Made by a program: the position numbers and the translations under genes. 64,000 bases of DNA from a virus (lineage: Duplodnaviria; Caudoviricetes), in IMG/VR virus record IMGVR_UViG_3300014043_000154, positions 1,262 to 65,261 of that record; one strand, written 5' to 3'. The notes beneath the pieces were generated by a model. The model made no database searches and was not told the DNA's origin. It saw nothing but the letters and a program-made list of their open reading frames with translations. This document shows, in pieces, positions 33,734 to 44,382 of the stretch (position 1 is its first letter; each line of letters opens with the position of its first letter).

Positions 33734-34364
33734 TGACCGTCACCTCCTTCATATATACTTCTCCGTTTCTTACTGACAGCCTGTACCGCAGACCGGTCAC
33801 TTCGTCTGTCACGACCGTGACCGTTGCTAACGCATCGGTGTTGGCCTGTATCTGGTTCATAGAACCCGATATGGATGATGCAATATTCCGTGCAGCATTA
33901 GCCGCCGCCTCTGCTGTTGCCGTTGCTCTTTCAGCAGCCTCCTTAGCCGCAACAGCCTCGGCTGACGACGCTGCCAAGGCGGCGAGAAGCGGCGAGATCT
34001 CAGAATCGGAAAGATCTGCGTTCTCGTTGAACGGAGTCTCCTCAACGTTCATGTAGAACAAGGCTGTGCCGAGGTCATTTGTACCGAATTTGACACGCAC
34101 CTTACAGATCGCAAGTCCTTCGACCGCTGTCATCTGCTGAGTTGTCTTAAAACGGACAAAGGCTCCGCCGTTCTGGACGGAGCCTGTCGCGTTTGTGACA
34201 TGCCTATCGGCTTTTTTTACTTCCAGAAGATAGGTGAGCGATTCCGATGTGGTCAGGTCTCCCATGTCGATCTTGACATCGATGTCCCGGCCAACATCGT
34301 ACTGGCTCACGTTGATTGTTGGCGGGATTCCACCCGGAACAATGCTGACATCAATTCTTGACAT
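33717..34364 (-). CDS. BppU-like upper baseplate protein
   Basis: PPTINVSQYDVGR, KKADRH, QMTAVEG N-terminus then helical stalk. Confidence 0.75.
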   Translation of the reverse strand: MSRIDVSIVPGGIPPTINVSQYDVGRDIDVKIDMGDLTTSESLTYLLEVKKADRHVTNATGSVQNGGAFVRFKTTQQMTAVEGLAICKVRVKFGTNDLGTALFYMNVEETPFNENADLSDSEISPLLAALAASSAEAVAAKEAAERATATAEAAANAARNIASSISGSMNQIQANTDALATVTVVTDEVTGLRYRLSVRNGEVYMKEVTVNENDS

Positions 34365-34551
34365 TCAATTCCTCCTGCTTCTGATTCGACTGATTGACAG
34401 AGGAAAGATTCTGCCGTGTTGCTTCCAACTCGGCTACTTCTGAGAGAATAGATTTGAGGATATATCTCATTTCAGTAGGCGTCACTGCCTCCTGCGCAAG
34501 AAAACTGTTCACAGTCCCTCCAATTAAGTTTTTCACCATATCCATGTGCAT
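34351..34551 (-). CDS. Hypothetical protein
   Basis: ORF with AAGGAGG RBS. Confidence 0.6.
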   Translation of the reverse strand: MHMDMVKNLIGGTVNSFLAQEAVTPTEMRYILKSILSEVAELEATRQNLSSVNQSNQKQEELNVKN

Positions 34552-34563
34552 ATTAACCCCTCC

Positions 34564-37500
34564 TTATGAAACTAGATCTGTCAGGATTCCATCAGTAAAA
34601 TACAATTTAAGTTCGTTGTCATTTCGCCCCTTGACCGTAAAATTCCCCGAATAACCATTTCTGGCATGCAGTTGGGATGCTGTAAAGGGGACGGAGAAAT
34701 TCGCCCTGTTTATCTCAAAGGTGTATGGATATACCAAGTTATCAAAATCACTGTAACGATAGAACCCTAACTCAAGAGGACGTCCATCTTGTGATGCAAG
34801 CTGCAACTGTTGGGCTGTCAACTTAAAGTTTGCATGGTCGTAGTACGAATTCAGCGTGTCGGGATCTATATAATCAATGTACTCAATATCCATTCGGACC
34901 AAATTGCTATTACCTTTTTTATACAAAATCCCATCCATACTGTACTGCATTTGATATGCTCCATATTCATTATTATGGATGAGCTTCAATCCATCTTTGT
35001 CAAATGACCCAACCTCATTACCTGACTGATCATAAAGAGCAATAGAACCGTATGTGTTGTCTGCACCTCCCACTTTCAGAGTTCCCGTCTTGATGTATGA
35101 GGCGTTAATGTACAGCTGATTACCTTCCTGATAGATTCCTTTGATAGCCCCATCGTTTGTCAAAAGCTTAAATATCTGCTCCTGGGTCATTGAAGCTGCG
35201 TCCATATACACCGGCATCACCTGCTCGTCGAGAAGCACGTTCGTTTCCGAGTACATCCTCACACGGAAGTGAGATACGTTCCAGTCGATGTTGAACCGAT
35301 TTGAAGTGCTGTTAGTATCTGTCAGCTTCGTGCTTGGCGTGTAAGAAGCGCCCTTGGCCTGCCCTTTGATATACATGAAGACCGTAGCAGATCGGTCCGC
35401 TACGGCTTTTGCTCTGTCATCATAAACATCTGTCCACGATGTTCCGTTGGTCGATGTGGCTATTACCCATGCAGCCGCACTGTAAGTCACGCGAGCGGTA
35501 TTCTCGCCCTGTCTGCTATATGCGGTGTACCGGATCGTGCCGTTATTGAAATTTCCATCATAAGACCGTTTGAAGTTGGGAGCGTAGTATGGAACCATGA
35601 AGTATGTCATACCGTCATCTCCCTTAATCTTGCTCCAGGAGTATTGCGCATAAGACGTACTGTCTGCAGCCGTAGTGTCTACATAAGTACCGATATAGCT
35701 CTTGCCTTCGCTGACAGTTGTGGAGAAACCTGTTCTTCCGTCAGCTGATGTCGCATAAGCTATATGGAGATAGTAAGTAGTTCCATCTACACCATCCCTG
35801 CCGCGAATTCCGTCGGCACCGTCTGTCCCCTGGAACTTGCTCCAAGTGTACGCTGACGGGTCATTACTGTCTGCCTGCGTATAATCGACATATGTTCCGA
35901 TATATGCCGACGGTGTTTCCGTCATCTGCGAAGATGAAGTCGGGTTTGCGACCGATGAGTATTTGATGTGGAAATACGGAGTCCGGCCATCATCGCCCTT
36001 CATCTTGCTCCATGCATAATCCTGATAATTAGTGCTGTCGGCCTGATTCGTATCAGACCTTACGCCGATATAGACCGCGCCATCAAAATAGGTCGTCGAA
36101 AAGTTCTGCTGGCCGTTTGCCGATGTCGCATAAGCGAAATGGACGTACGCAGAAGAACCATCGGTTCCGTTTGTACCGTTTATGCCGTTCGTCCCGTCCT
36201 CCCCGATCCACTTCGTCCATGTGTAGGAAGATGCTGTCGTAGGATCAGCGGAATTCGTATCCACACATATTCCGATGTACTCGGAAGGAGTCTCCGTCAT
36301 CTGGGCATTCGTCGGATTCGCGACTGCAGAGTATTTGATGTGAACATAGTTCGATGTCCCATCCCTGCCATCGACACCGTCTACGCCATTCGTGCCATTC
36401 GTGCCATTGACGCCCTGCCTTGCCACGGAGTACGCAGTTGTGCTCGTACCATCGCTGTAATTCACAATGGTCCTTGTCCAGAGATAATTGCCTCCGGCTA
36501 CAGACGGGATGGATGACTGCCACGTCCCGGTCGGCCTTGTCGTCGCACTCGTCCCTTCCTGATAGCGGACAGTAGTCGATGTGATCGTTACCGATGTGCC
36601 ATCCTCCCCCTTGATGAGGGACCATGTATAATCAGAATAGTTCATGCTGTCCGCCTGATTAGTGTCGGAAAGCACACCCATGTAAAGAGCACCGTCGAAC
36701 GGGGTAACACTGAAATCCGCACTTCCGTCAGAAGATGTGGAGTAAGCGAAGTGGACATACGCTGATGTTCCATTAGCACCCGCAGGTCCGCGGATCTGGC
36801 CAACATTTGTCCATGCGTTCGAGGCCCACACATAAAGATCCCCAGATACGATATACGCATCGCCCGTGGATCCTGTTGGATGAGCTGTCTGCAGCTGTGA
36901 AAGGTTGTCATAGCTTCCAAGGATGGTGACGGATGTACCGTCAGCACCATCTCTGCCATCAGCTCCTTTGATCAATGACCAGGCATAATCAGAATAGTTG
37001 GTAGAATCTGTGATGTTGGCATCTGTAAGGACTCCAAGGTATGTCGCTCCGGTGAACGGCGATGTTGAGAAGTTCTGCTGGCCGTTGGCTGACGTAGCAT
37101 ATGCGAAATGCACATACGAACTGGTTCCATCGACACCGTTCGTTCCATTCGTTCCGGGAATGCCGTCTTCACCGTCCTCACCCTTGAACTTTGACCATGT
37201 ATAAGAATTCGCTGTGGACGGATCCGCAACGTTATTGTCGACGCAGATACCAATATACTCATCTGGTGATTCAGTCATGTCGATATCGGCAGGATTCGCT
37301 ACTGGTGAATATTTGATATGGATATAGTTCGATGTGCCGTCCCTGCCATCCACACCATTAACGCCATTCGTGCCGTTCGTCCCGTCAATTCCCTGCCTTG
37401 AGATTGCATAGGAAGTCGTACTGTGCCCGTCGCTGTAATTCACGATTGTCCGTGTCCACAGGTAACGTCCATTGGCAGCAACAGGAGTGCTGCTCCACGA

Positions 37501-40056
37501 GCCAGAAGGCACTGTCGTATTGCTGTCGCTCGCCTGGTACCTTACCGTCGTGGATGTGATCGTAACGGATGTCCCATCCGATCCTTTAATCAGTGACCAT
37601 GTATAGTCCGAATAAACCATTGAATCAGCCACAGTATTATCGGACCTTACGCCGATATACGTTGCACCGTTGAACGGCGTCACGCTGAAGTCGCTCCGGC
37701 CATCTGCGGAAGTCGCATAGGCAAAGTGGACATAGGCAGATGACCCATCCGTGCCATCTCTGCCATTGATACCGTCAGCACCATCTTCACCGATCCATTT
37801 GGACCATATATAGGATGATGCGGTCGCCGGATCTGCAGCGTTGTTATCCACACAGATGCCGATGTAATCCGATGGGGTTTCCGTCAGGTCAGCGTCCGTC
37901 GGGTCTGATACATCGGAGTATTTGATATGGACAAAATTGGATGTTCCATCCCTTCCGTTTGCACCGTTGATACCATTCGTACCGTTCGTGCCATCCAAGC
38001 CCTGACGCGAGACCGAATAAGATGTCGTAGTCGTATTGTCACTGTAATTGACGATCGTCCTCGTCCAGAGATACCTGCCATTTGCACTGACGACCGAGTT
38101 GCTCCATGTTCCAGACGGAACGGTAGTGTTGCTGTCACTCGCCTGATACATGATCGACGTGGACTTGACAGTCACAGATGTGCCGGCTATTCCGTCTTCA
38201 CCGTCGGCACCCTGCAAGCCCTGAAGGCCTGTGATTCCCTGCTTTGCCTTGACAAGGTTCATCTGCACGGAAGCAGTTTTTCCCCTGTATGCCGCAGTAA
38301 AGAGCACATATCCGGAATCTGCGGTAAGGGACTCGACCGTATACCTGTGTGTCACGGAGTTATAGGAACCGGTCGTATTGCTGTTGCTGATCGTAATTAC
38401 GGCAAGGTCTGTCACATCCCTTGCTCCATACATGACGAACACATCCGTCTCGCATTCACCGATGGAAGCATAAACACCATCAGGGTCAGTGGGAATGGCC
38501 TGGTAAGTATTGGAAAGAGAGACCACGACTGAGCATGCGGATTCCACAATGTAATCCCCCAGCTGTGTAGGCGTCCCGTCATCATCAACGTAGGCCGCCG
38601 ACGACAGATGGAAGTCACCGGTATCAAGGTTCCAGTAATTCCGGCCAAGCCTGTCCGATATAAGTCCGAAGATGCCAGCGCCGGCATTGATTCCAATCGC
38701 CGTGACCGCCGTAGTCCAGTTCCAGTCGGAGTCATCGTAAAGCCTCTCTTTTGCAATCTCGATTCCCTGTGTTCCGATGGCCAGAGCACCGTAAGTGTTC
38801 GATTCCGGATCCGTATCCTCGAACAGGATCGACCGGACATCCTGTCTCTGGGCGATGGACTTCTGATACCTCAGCTGTGTCTCCATGCCGTTAAGTATGC
38901 CCTTGACGTACTCCGCCATCACAGTCCCATCATCCCGGAACGAGCCGGATACGCGGTGCATAAAACTTGACGAAGTCTTGAACATGTCATACCCGCTCGT
39001 CCCAAGAGTGACATTCACGACCTTTTTCGTGATGCAGTCATATCCTATATGTACCGCTCTCGCCTCGGTCGTGATATCGAGCAATGCGTGGCGTACATGC
39101 ACCGTGTCGCCGAGACCGATATCCTCAAGTTCCTGATAGTCCTTGTATTCTTCAGTCCGGCTGAGTGCAATGAGGTCGACTTTTAATGTGACTTCCGGCT
39201 TATCCGCGCCATTGAGGAACATCGCCTCGGCCTGTGCCTGCAGTGCAGTGTCGAGCTCCGCCTGCGAGGTGCATACGATCTCGTTCGCATCGCCAGTCGC
39301 GTCTTCGGCCATTCGCACATTATCAAATGTCACTTCCCTGTAATAAACGATCTCGTAGCGATTGATGAGCGGCGAATCTACCCATGGGGTATTCCCGCTG
39401 ATCTTATGGCCATTAAATGAAAGGGGGACAATCCTTGTGGCAACATTGGACATGTCGAGCGTGTATGTAAGCCCCCGGATATTCTTTTTGTATCGGACTT
39501 CCACGCCTCGGTCAGAACCTACCCGGCTGTTGATGATCACGCGGTTGTTGTCGTACAGTATCTCCCCTCCCCACCTTCCAATGAAGGTAGGTGCAGCATC
39601 CCCGTTTATGGCATCCATAAGGTTCCGTCTTACGAAATAAGCCGTGGCGGCCGACGTTATGTCGGATATCCCGGAATAGGCAGATCCGTTCATCATAAGG
39701 TTGAGCGCCTGCTGTCCGGTACATCCTAAAACCCTTGTATCCATGAGAAAGCAGTCGTTCGCAGAATCAAAAAAAATGGGGACGGCAGTAGCCGTTACCC
39801 CGTTGTCACTCTTGTTGTATACGCGGATCCGGAAACGCTGTCTTTCCCCCATGAAGGTATCGGCAACGATCACAGCCTCCCTGTCGATATGTTTCCACCT
39901 TCCGTCCTCATCAAGAGGGTGTTTGATCGACAAGGTCCACGACCCGTTGAGGTCCGCGTTAAGCACACATTCAGAGGGAATCAGACTGGCATCACCATTC
40001 CATTCATATGCGCGATTCCCCACATCGTATATCTGTATCATTGCATTATCCTCCAT
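34564..40056 (-). CDS. Tail spike/Tal (endopeptidase-like N-terminus) with collagen-linked repeated modules
   Basis: N-terminal siphophage Tal motifs (LNGSWTL.I.HP, GGEILYDN, GDTVHV); Gly-X-Y linkers and repeated YVHFAY/HIKYS/YLWTRT domains. Confidence 0.9.
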   Translation of the reverse strand: MEDNAMIQIYDVGNRAYEWNGDASLIPSECVLNADLNGSWTLSIKHPLDEDGRWKHIDREAVIVADTFMGERQRFRIRVYNKSDNGVTATAVPIFFDSANDCFLMDTRVLGCTGQQALNLMMNGSAYSGISDITSAATAYFVRRNLMDAINGDAAPTFIGRWGGEILYDNNRVIINSRVGSDRGVEVRYKKNIRGLTYTLDMSNVATRIVPLSFNGHKISGNTPWVDSPLINRYEIVYYREVTFDNVRMAEDATGDANEIVCTSQAELDTALQAQAEAMFLNGADKPEVTLKVDLIALSRTEEYKDYQELEDIGLGDTVHVRHALLDITTEARAVHIGYDCITKKVVNVTLGTSGYDMFKTSSSFMHRVSGSFRDDGTVMAEYVKGILNGMETQLRYQKSIAQRQDVRSILFEDTDPESNTYGALAIGTQGIEIAKERLYDDSDWNWTTAVTAIGINAGAGIFGLISDRLGRNYWNLDTGDFHLSSAAYVDDDGTPTQLGDYIVESACSVVVSLSNTYQAIPTDPDGVYASIGECETDVFVMYGARDVTDLAVITISNSNTTGSYNSVTHRYTVESLTADSGYVLFTAAYRGKTASVQMNLVKAKQGITGLQGLQGADGEDGIAGTSVTVKSTSIMYQASDSNTTVPSGTWSNSVVSANGRYLWTRTIVNYSDNTTTTSYSVSRQGLDGTNGTNGINGANGRDGTSNFVHIKYSDVSDPTDADLTETPSDYIGICVDNNAADPATASSYIWSKWIGEDGADGINGRDGTDGSSAYVHFAYATSADGRSDFSVTPFNGATYIGVRSDNTVADSMVYSDYTWSLIKGSDGTSVTITSTTVRYQASDSNTTVPSGSWSSTPVAANGRYLWTRTIVNYSDGHSTTSYAISRQGIDGTNGTNGVNGVDGRDGTSNYIHIKYSPVANPADIDMTESPDEYIGICVDNNVADPSTANSYTWSKFKGEDGEDGIPGTNGTNGVDGTSSYVHFAYATSANGQQNFSTSPFTGATYLGVLTDANITDSTNYSDYAWSLIKGADGRDGADGTSVTILGSYDNLSQLQTAHPTGSTGDAYIVSGDLYVWASNAWTNVGQIRGPAGANGTSAYVHFAYSTSSDGSADFSVTPFDGALYMGVLSDTNQADSMNYSDYTWSLIKGEDGTSVTITSTTVRYQEGTSATTRPTGTWQSSIPSVAGGNYLWTRTIVNYSDGTSTTAYSVARQGVNGTNGTNGVDGVDGRDGTSNYVHIKYSAVANPTNAQMTETPSEYIGICVDTNSADPTTASSYTWTKWIGEDGTNGINGTNGTDGSSAYVHFAYATSANGQQNFSTTYFDGAVYIGVRSDTNQADSTNYQDYAWSKMKGDDGRTPYFHIKYSSVANPTSSSQMTETPSAYIGTYVDYTQADSNDPSAYTWSKFQGTDGADGIRGRDGVDGTTYYLHIAYATSADGRTGFSTTVSEGKSYIGTYVDTTAADSTSYAQYSWSKIKGDDGMTYFMVPYYAPNFKRSYDGNFNNGTIRYTAYSRQGENTARVTYSAAAWVIATSTNGTSWTDVYDDRAKAVADRSATVFMYIKGQAKGASYTPSTKLTDTNSTSNRFNIDWNVSHFRVRMYSETNVLLDEQVMPVYMDAASMTQEQIFKLLTNDGAIKGIYQEGNQLYINASYIKTGTLKVGGADNTYGSIALYDQSGNEVGSFDKDGLKLIHNNEYGAYQMQYSMDGILYKKGNSNLVRMDIEYIDYIDPDTLNSYYDHANFKLTAQQLQLASQDGRPLELGFYRYSDFDNLVYPYTFEINRANFSVPFTASQLHARNGYSGNFTVKGRNDNELKLYFTDGILTDLVS
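35620..38250 (-). repeat. Intragenic repeated modules of the tail protein
   Basis: Order A-B-C-A-B-C-D-C-A-B-C-B'-C' read from the translation; boundaries approximate. Confidence 0.8.
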
Positions 40057-40748
40057 CTCGGTATGACTGTAAGCGTAAATCCGCTGGTGATTGCAACATC
40101 GTTCTCACCAGCACGCAGCCACATCTCTTCGTAGTCTCCTGAGACGCTTGTGTTCATCATAGTTCCATCTGTCCGGTAGGCGATCATCAGCTCGGTATCT
40201 ATCGTAATGTTCTGGCCAACATTCGCCTCCATGACATAATCGTTTACCATCAGCTCACATACTCCCTCGCCGACGATCTTGTAAACAGGCTTGCAGTAAT
40301 CATAATGATTGACCACGGTCCTTGACGTAAATGTCGTCTCCTGGAATCCATCAACAAGATAAATGCCAGGCCATAACGTAAATATGCAGGTGAAATCACC
40401 CACTACATCCTCGTCGCGGACAATGTTCAATATCTCGACCTTCTTGACCCGGTAGATACGCTCAGAAGAATCCGTGAAGGAGATCCGGTCTGATTTTTTG
40501 AGCCATTTGATGAGACTTGACAAAGTCTTCTCATAGTTCTCCGTCTTATCACAAATGAATTCGAACTCCAACGTGATCTTCCAGTCCGGGTACGTTCCGG
40601 TATGGACCGTCAAAGTACCTTCGCGGCCGGGAATCTTTTCGTGTGACACCTCCTCACCGGGCATATCGAAGACAGGGAATGCTGTCATGAAAAGGCCTCT
40701 GTCCAGTGACGATCCGTCACCGTTATACAAAGCATATTTCGTTACCAT
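40038..40748 (-). CDS. Distal tail protein (Dit)
   Basis: IPGREG, F.DSSERIY.V, C.P..KI.G.G, IDTE; follows the TMP. Confidence 0.85.
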   Translation of the reverse strand: MVTKYALYNGDGSSLDRGLFMTAFPVFDMPGEEVSHEKIPGREGTLTVHTGTYPDWKITLEFEFICDKTENYEKTLSSLIKWLKKSDRISFTDSSERIYRVKKVEILNIVRDEDVVGDFTCIFTLWPGIYLVDGFQETTFTSRTVVNHYDYCKPVYKIVGEGVCELMVNDYVMEANVGQNITIDTELMIAYRTDGTMMNTSVSGDYEEMWLRAGENDVAITSGFTLTVIPRWRIMQ

Positions 40749-40751
40749 GAC

Positions 40752-43700
40752 TTAGATCCTCCCTTTCGCCCAGTCATCAGCCTGCTGCTGAGCATTCAGT
40801 TCCTTAATTGTCGTCTGTGTGGCTTTCTTATACAGCGGTTCGCCATCGACGTTGATCGTCTGGTAGAGCGTTATCGGCTGATCAACATCTTCGGTATCAT
40901 CCATATCCGTTCTCGGTATCTCGAGCGCCCTGTAACCAGCGGCGGTCTCCTGTTTCAGAGTAATGCCGGCGGTCTGGGCCGATACTGTTGCTGTCATGTG
41001 GTCAGACAGTTTGGCCATCTGCTTATCGACATCATCCAGCATATCAGGCATAGCATCTTCCATACCAAGCGTGACCCCCGGAGGGATATATTTTCCGACT
41101 TCCTGTCTCATTTTCCTAGATGGAGAATAGATTCCAAGCGCCGCCTGAGCTCCATCCACGATACCACTGAAGAATCCCCATATCTGATCCTGGAACCATC
41201 CAATCATGCCATTGATGCCATCCCAAAGTCCCATGACTATGTTATAGCCAATATCTGCCATCTGCCAAGGCAGCTCGGCAAGAGTATCTACAATAGCGCA
41301 ATATATATCCCAAGCAGCGGTCGAGGCTTCTCGAATCATATTCGACCCCCACTCTACAAGATTATCGAAAGTCTCTGTGAGGAAGCTCCATACATTGCCC
41401 GGGAGTTCTTTGAAGAAATCACCGATAGTATCAACGACGTCTGATGCGGTCTCTCGAGCACTATTTATTGTGTCGGATCCCCACTGTTTAAATTTATCAA
41501 ACGTTTCTGTGAGGAAGCTCCAGACATTGCCCGGAAGTTCTTGGAAGAACTCGCAGATAGCCTCGATGATCTCGGATGCCGCCTCACGCGCACTCTCGAG
41601 CGTTTCGCTTCCCCACTGTACGAAATTCTGATATGTAGTGGTCAGGAAGTCCCAGATTTTTCCGGGTAATTCCTGGAAGAACTCGCATATTGCATCTATT
41701 ATTTCGCCCGCAGCTTCACGGGCACTTTCGAGCATGTTACTGCCCCATTCTACGAATTTGTCCCAGGTCTCAACGAGGAAGTCCCAAATTTTGCCGGGCA
41801 ATTCGCGGAAGAAGTCGCATATTGCCTCGATCATGAGCGGGACGTTCTCGGCTATCCATGCTCCGATGTCTGCGCCCCATTGTATCAGCGTGCCAATGGC
41901 GAAGCCTATCGCATAGCCTATCTTGTAAGGCAGTTCGCTGAAGAATGTGACGATAGATTCTATGATGAGCGGGACGTTCTCTGTTATCCACGCACCTGCA
42001 GATGCGGACCATGTTCCGAGCTGTGTGATGATGCCGTTGAAGAATCCTAAGACCTTTCCGGGCAGTTCAGAGAGCCACTGGCCAGCTGCGGTGAAGACCG
42101 ACGTGATTGCCGGCCATGCCGTACCTGTCCACCATTGCGGGAGCGTTTCCGTGAAGAACGTCTTCACTGCATCCCAGTTACATATTACCGCTATGATCGC
42201 GGCGATTGCGGCGGCGATCGCTATAAGCGGACCTACGCCGATGGCGGCAACAACTCCTCCGAGCCCGGTGATAATGGTCGTTCCGAGAGAGGCGATTCCT
42301 GTGGCCGCCGCCGTAACAGCTCCCGAAAGGCCGGAACCGATGGACGCCAACAAGCCTCCGGAACCGAACAGGCCTCCGATCTTGGCGACGATTGCGCCGA
42401 TCTTCGGGAACTCCAGAGCAAGGACTTCCGTAAGCGTTCCCGCCCCTCCAGCCCACAGCTGATATGCCTCGTTCGCTTTTGTCGCAAACGATATCGTGTT
42501 GCCGACCAGTCCGCTCATGCCCTTCGTGATGGACGAGAACGTGCCTGTAATGGTCTTCAGCGCCTTAAAGGCTACGAATGCTTCAACGACCTTTGCGACG
42601 GCTGCTCCGAGCTTTCTTGCGGTCTCAGGATCCATCTGGCCAAATGCTTCGAAGATCTTCTTAACCGCTTCGTATGCACCCTCAAGAAGAGGTCCGATTG
42701 TCTTGGATACCTCGCCGAATATGCCGTCGAGGAATGCTCCGAATGCGGGATACTCCTCGCTTATTCCGTCGATGATTCCCTGTATGATCTTCCGGCCAGT
42801 GTCCATGATGTCGGGAATATGCTCTATGAGAGCCTGCGCCAGCTGACCGATGATTGATGCTGCTGATGATGCGATTGACGGCGCGTTATCTATCAGGGAC
42901 TGCGCGAAGTTGTTCAGTATCTCTTCGCCCTTCGCTATGATGTCAGGCATGTTCTGGTCAAGTCCCGCGAGGAACTGTGCCAGGAGCTCTACCGCAACTG
43001 TCCATATATCAGCTGTCACGCTGATGAGGCCTTCTATCAGAGCCGTACATAACTCAGCGCCGGCTGTTCCGAACGACTCTTTGTTATCGAGTATAGCCTC
43101 CGCCATGGCGTGAATCGTATCCGTTGCTGTAGTGATGATGGTCGGAGCGAAATCCAGCGCCATCCGCGCTATATCAGCAAGTGCGTGTCCGAATGCCGTT
43201 CCAAGACCTTTTAGACCGTTCTCGGACAGTTCCGCATTCATGTCGTTGACAATGCCAATCACCTTCTGCGCAACTTCTTTAGCAGGTTCTTCAAGGCCTT
43301 CATAAAATGTGATTCCAAGGCCTTCCACGGAAGATTTCAGGATTGTGATCGCACCTTGCAGGTTGTCGATCATCGTCTCTGCCATGCGCTCTGCAGCTCC
43401 ATCGCAGCTCCCGATGCTGTCTTTCAGCTGAGTTACATCCTCATCCGTTGCATTGACGACCGCAAGAAGACCGGACATACCATACTGACCAGCTAATGCG
43501 GATGCATAGCTTGCCTTCTGTGCATCGGTCAATCCAGAGAAACTCGTCCTCAACTGACTAATGATGTCATCGAGGCTCTTCATCGAACCGTCTTCGTTTT
43601 GTATCTGAAGACCAAGTTTTTCAATGGCCTCCTGAGACTGCTTGGTCGGCTTTACAAGCCGTGTAAAAACATTTCGGAGTGCTGTACCTGCCTGACTACC

Positions 43701-44366
43701 TTTGATGCCTGAGTTAGCCATAAGTCCGATGGCAAGTGAGCAGTCCTCAATATTGAATCCCATCGCCCCCGCGACAGGGGCAACATATTTGAATGTCTCA
43801 CCCATGAGTGAGACGTTTGTGTTTGCTGATGCAGAGGTCTGTGCCAAGACATCTGCAAAGTGACCGGAATCTTTGGCCTCCAGACCGAAAGCGGTGAGCG
43901 CATCCGTTACGATATCAGATGTTCTACCGAGGTCTTCACCGGAAGCTGCCGCGAGGTTCATGACGCCGGCAAGACCGTCGTACATCTCCTGTGCATCCCA
44001 TCCAGCCATGGCCATGTAGGAAAGGGCTTCGGAAGATTCCGTTGCGGAGAACTTCGTTTTCGCGCCCATCTCCTTAGCCTTTTCCGTAAGTCCATCAAGG
44101 CCGTTGACGACTTCTCCAGCGTCATTGATCAGGGTCTGGGCGGATGCGCTTGATATGGATTCCACTTTGGACATTCCTGCCTCGAAATCCATGCCGACTT
44201 TCATAGCATATCCGCCGATTGCAGTGACCGCACCGGCTGCGGCTGTCAGGATGTTCTTCGTGACGGCAACGGCTCCGGCTCCGATTCCTTTTATCTTGTT
44301 AATGCCCGACTGATAGCCCGATGTGTCGAGCTTTGTATCGAACTTTAGAGTGCCGTCGTAGCTCAA
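40752..44366 (-). CDS. Tape measure protein
   Basis: DFEAGMSKV, MAMAGW, GIKGSQAGTALR core; 40-aa FF.ELPG..W.FL repeats around 41300-41960. Confidence 0.95.
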   Translation of the reverse strand: MSYDGTLKFDTKLDTSGYQSGINKIKGIGAGAVAVTKNILTAAAGAVTAIGGYAMKVGMDFEAGMSKVESISSASAQTLINDAGEVVNGLDGLTEKAKEMGAKTKFSATESSEALSYMAMAGWDAQEMYDGLAGVMNLAAASGEDLGRTSDIVTDALTAFGLEAKDSGHFADVLAQTSASANTNVSLMGETFKYVAPVAGAMGFNIEDCSLAIGLMANSGIKGSQAGTALRNVFTRLVKPTKQSQEAIEKLGLQIQNEDGSMKSLDDIISQLRTSFSGLTDAQKASYASALAGQYGMSGLLAVVNATDEDVTQLKDSIGSCDGAAERMAETMIDNLQGAITILKSSVEGLGITFYEGLEEPAKEVAQKVIGIVNDMNAELSENGLKGLGTAFGHALADIARMALDFAPTIITTATDTIHAMAEAILDNKESFGTAGAELCTALIEGLISVTADIWTVAVELLAQFLAGLDQNMPDIIAKGEEILNNFAQSLIDNAPSIASSAASIIGQLAQALIEHIPDIMDTGRKIIQGIIDGISEEYPAFGAFLDGIFGEVSKTIGPLLEGAYEAVKKIFEAFGQMDPETARKLGAAVAKVVEAFVAFKALKTITGTFSSITKGMSGLVGNTISFATKANEAYQLWAGGAGTLTEVLALEFPKIGAIVAKIGGLFGSGGLLASIGSGLSGAVTAAATGIASLGTTIITGLGGVVAAIGVGPLIAIAAAIAAIIAVICNWDAVKTFFTETLPQWWTGTAWPAITSVFTAAGQWLSELPGKVLGFFNGIITQLGTWSASAGAWITENVPLIIESIVTFFSELPYKIGYAIGFAIGTLIQWGADIGAWIAENVPLMIEAICDFFRELPGKIWDFLVETWDKFVEWGSNMLESAREAAGEIIDAICEFFQELPGKIWDFLTTTYQNFVQWGSETLESAREAASEIIEAICEFFQELPGNVWSFLTETFDKFKQWGSDTINSARETASDVVDTIGDFFKELPGNVWSFLTETFDNLVEWGSNMIREASTAAWDIYCAIVDTLAELPWQMADIGYNIVMGLWDGINGMIGWFQDQIWGFFSGIVDGAQAALGIYSPSRKMRQEVGKYIPPGVTLGMEDAMPDMLDDVDKQMAKLSDHMTATVSAQTAGITLKQETAAGYRALEIPRTDMDDTEDVDQPITLYQTINVDGEPLYKKATQTTIKELNAQQQADDWAKGRI

Positions 44367-44382
44367 TACACACCTCCTGATG

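Noticed and set aside
32876-40056. Second DGR variable repeat in another tail gene
   Set aside because: No further copy of the TR backbone (e.g. GCGGGGCGCTTCTATGTC) was found by eye; a computational scan of the full genome is still needed
41300-41960. 120-nt repeats as a separate repeat element
   Set aside because: Ordinary 40-aa Trp/Phe-periodic tape-measure repeats
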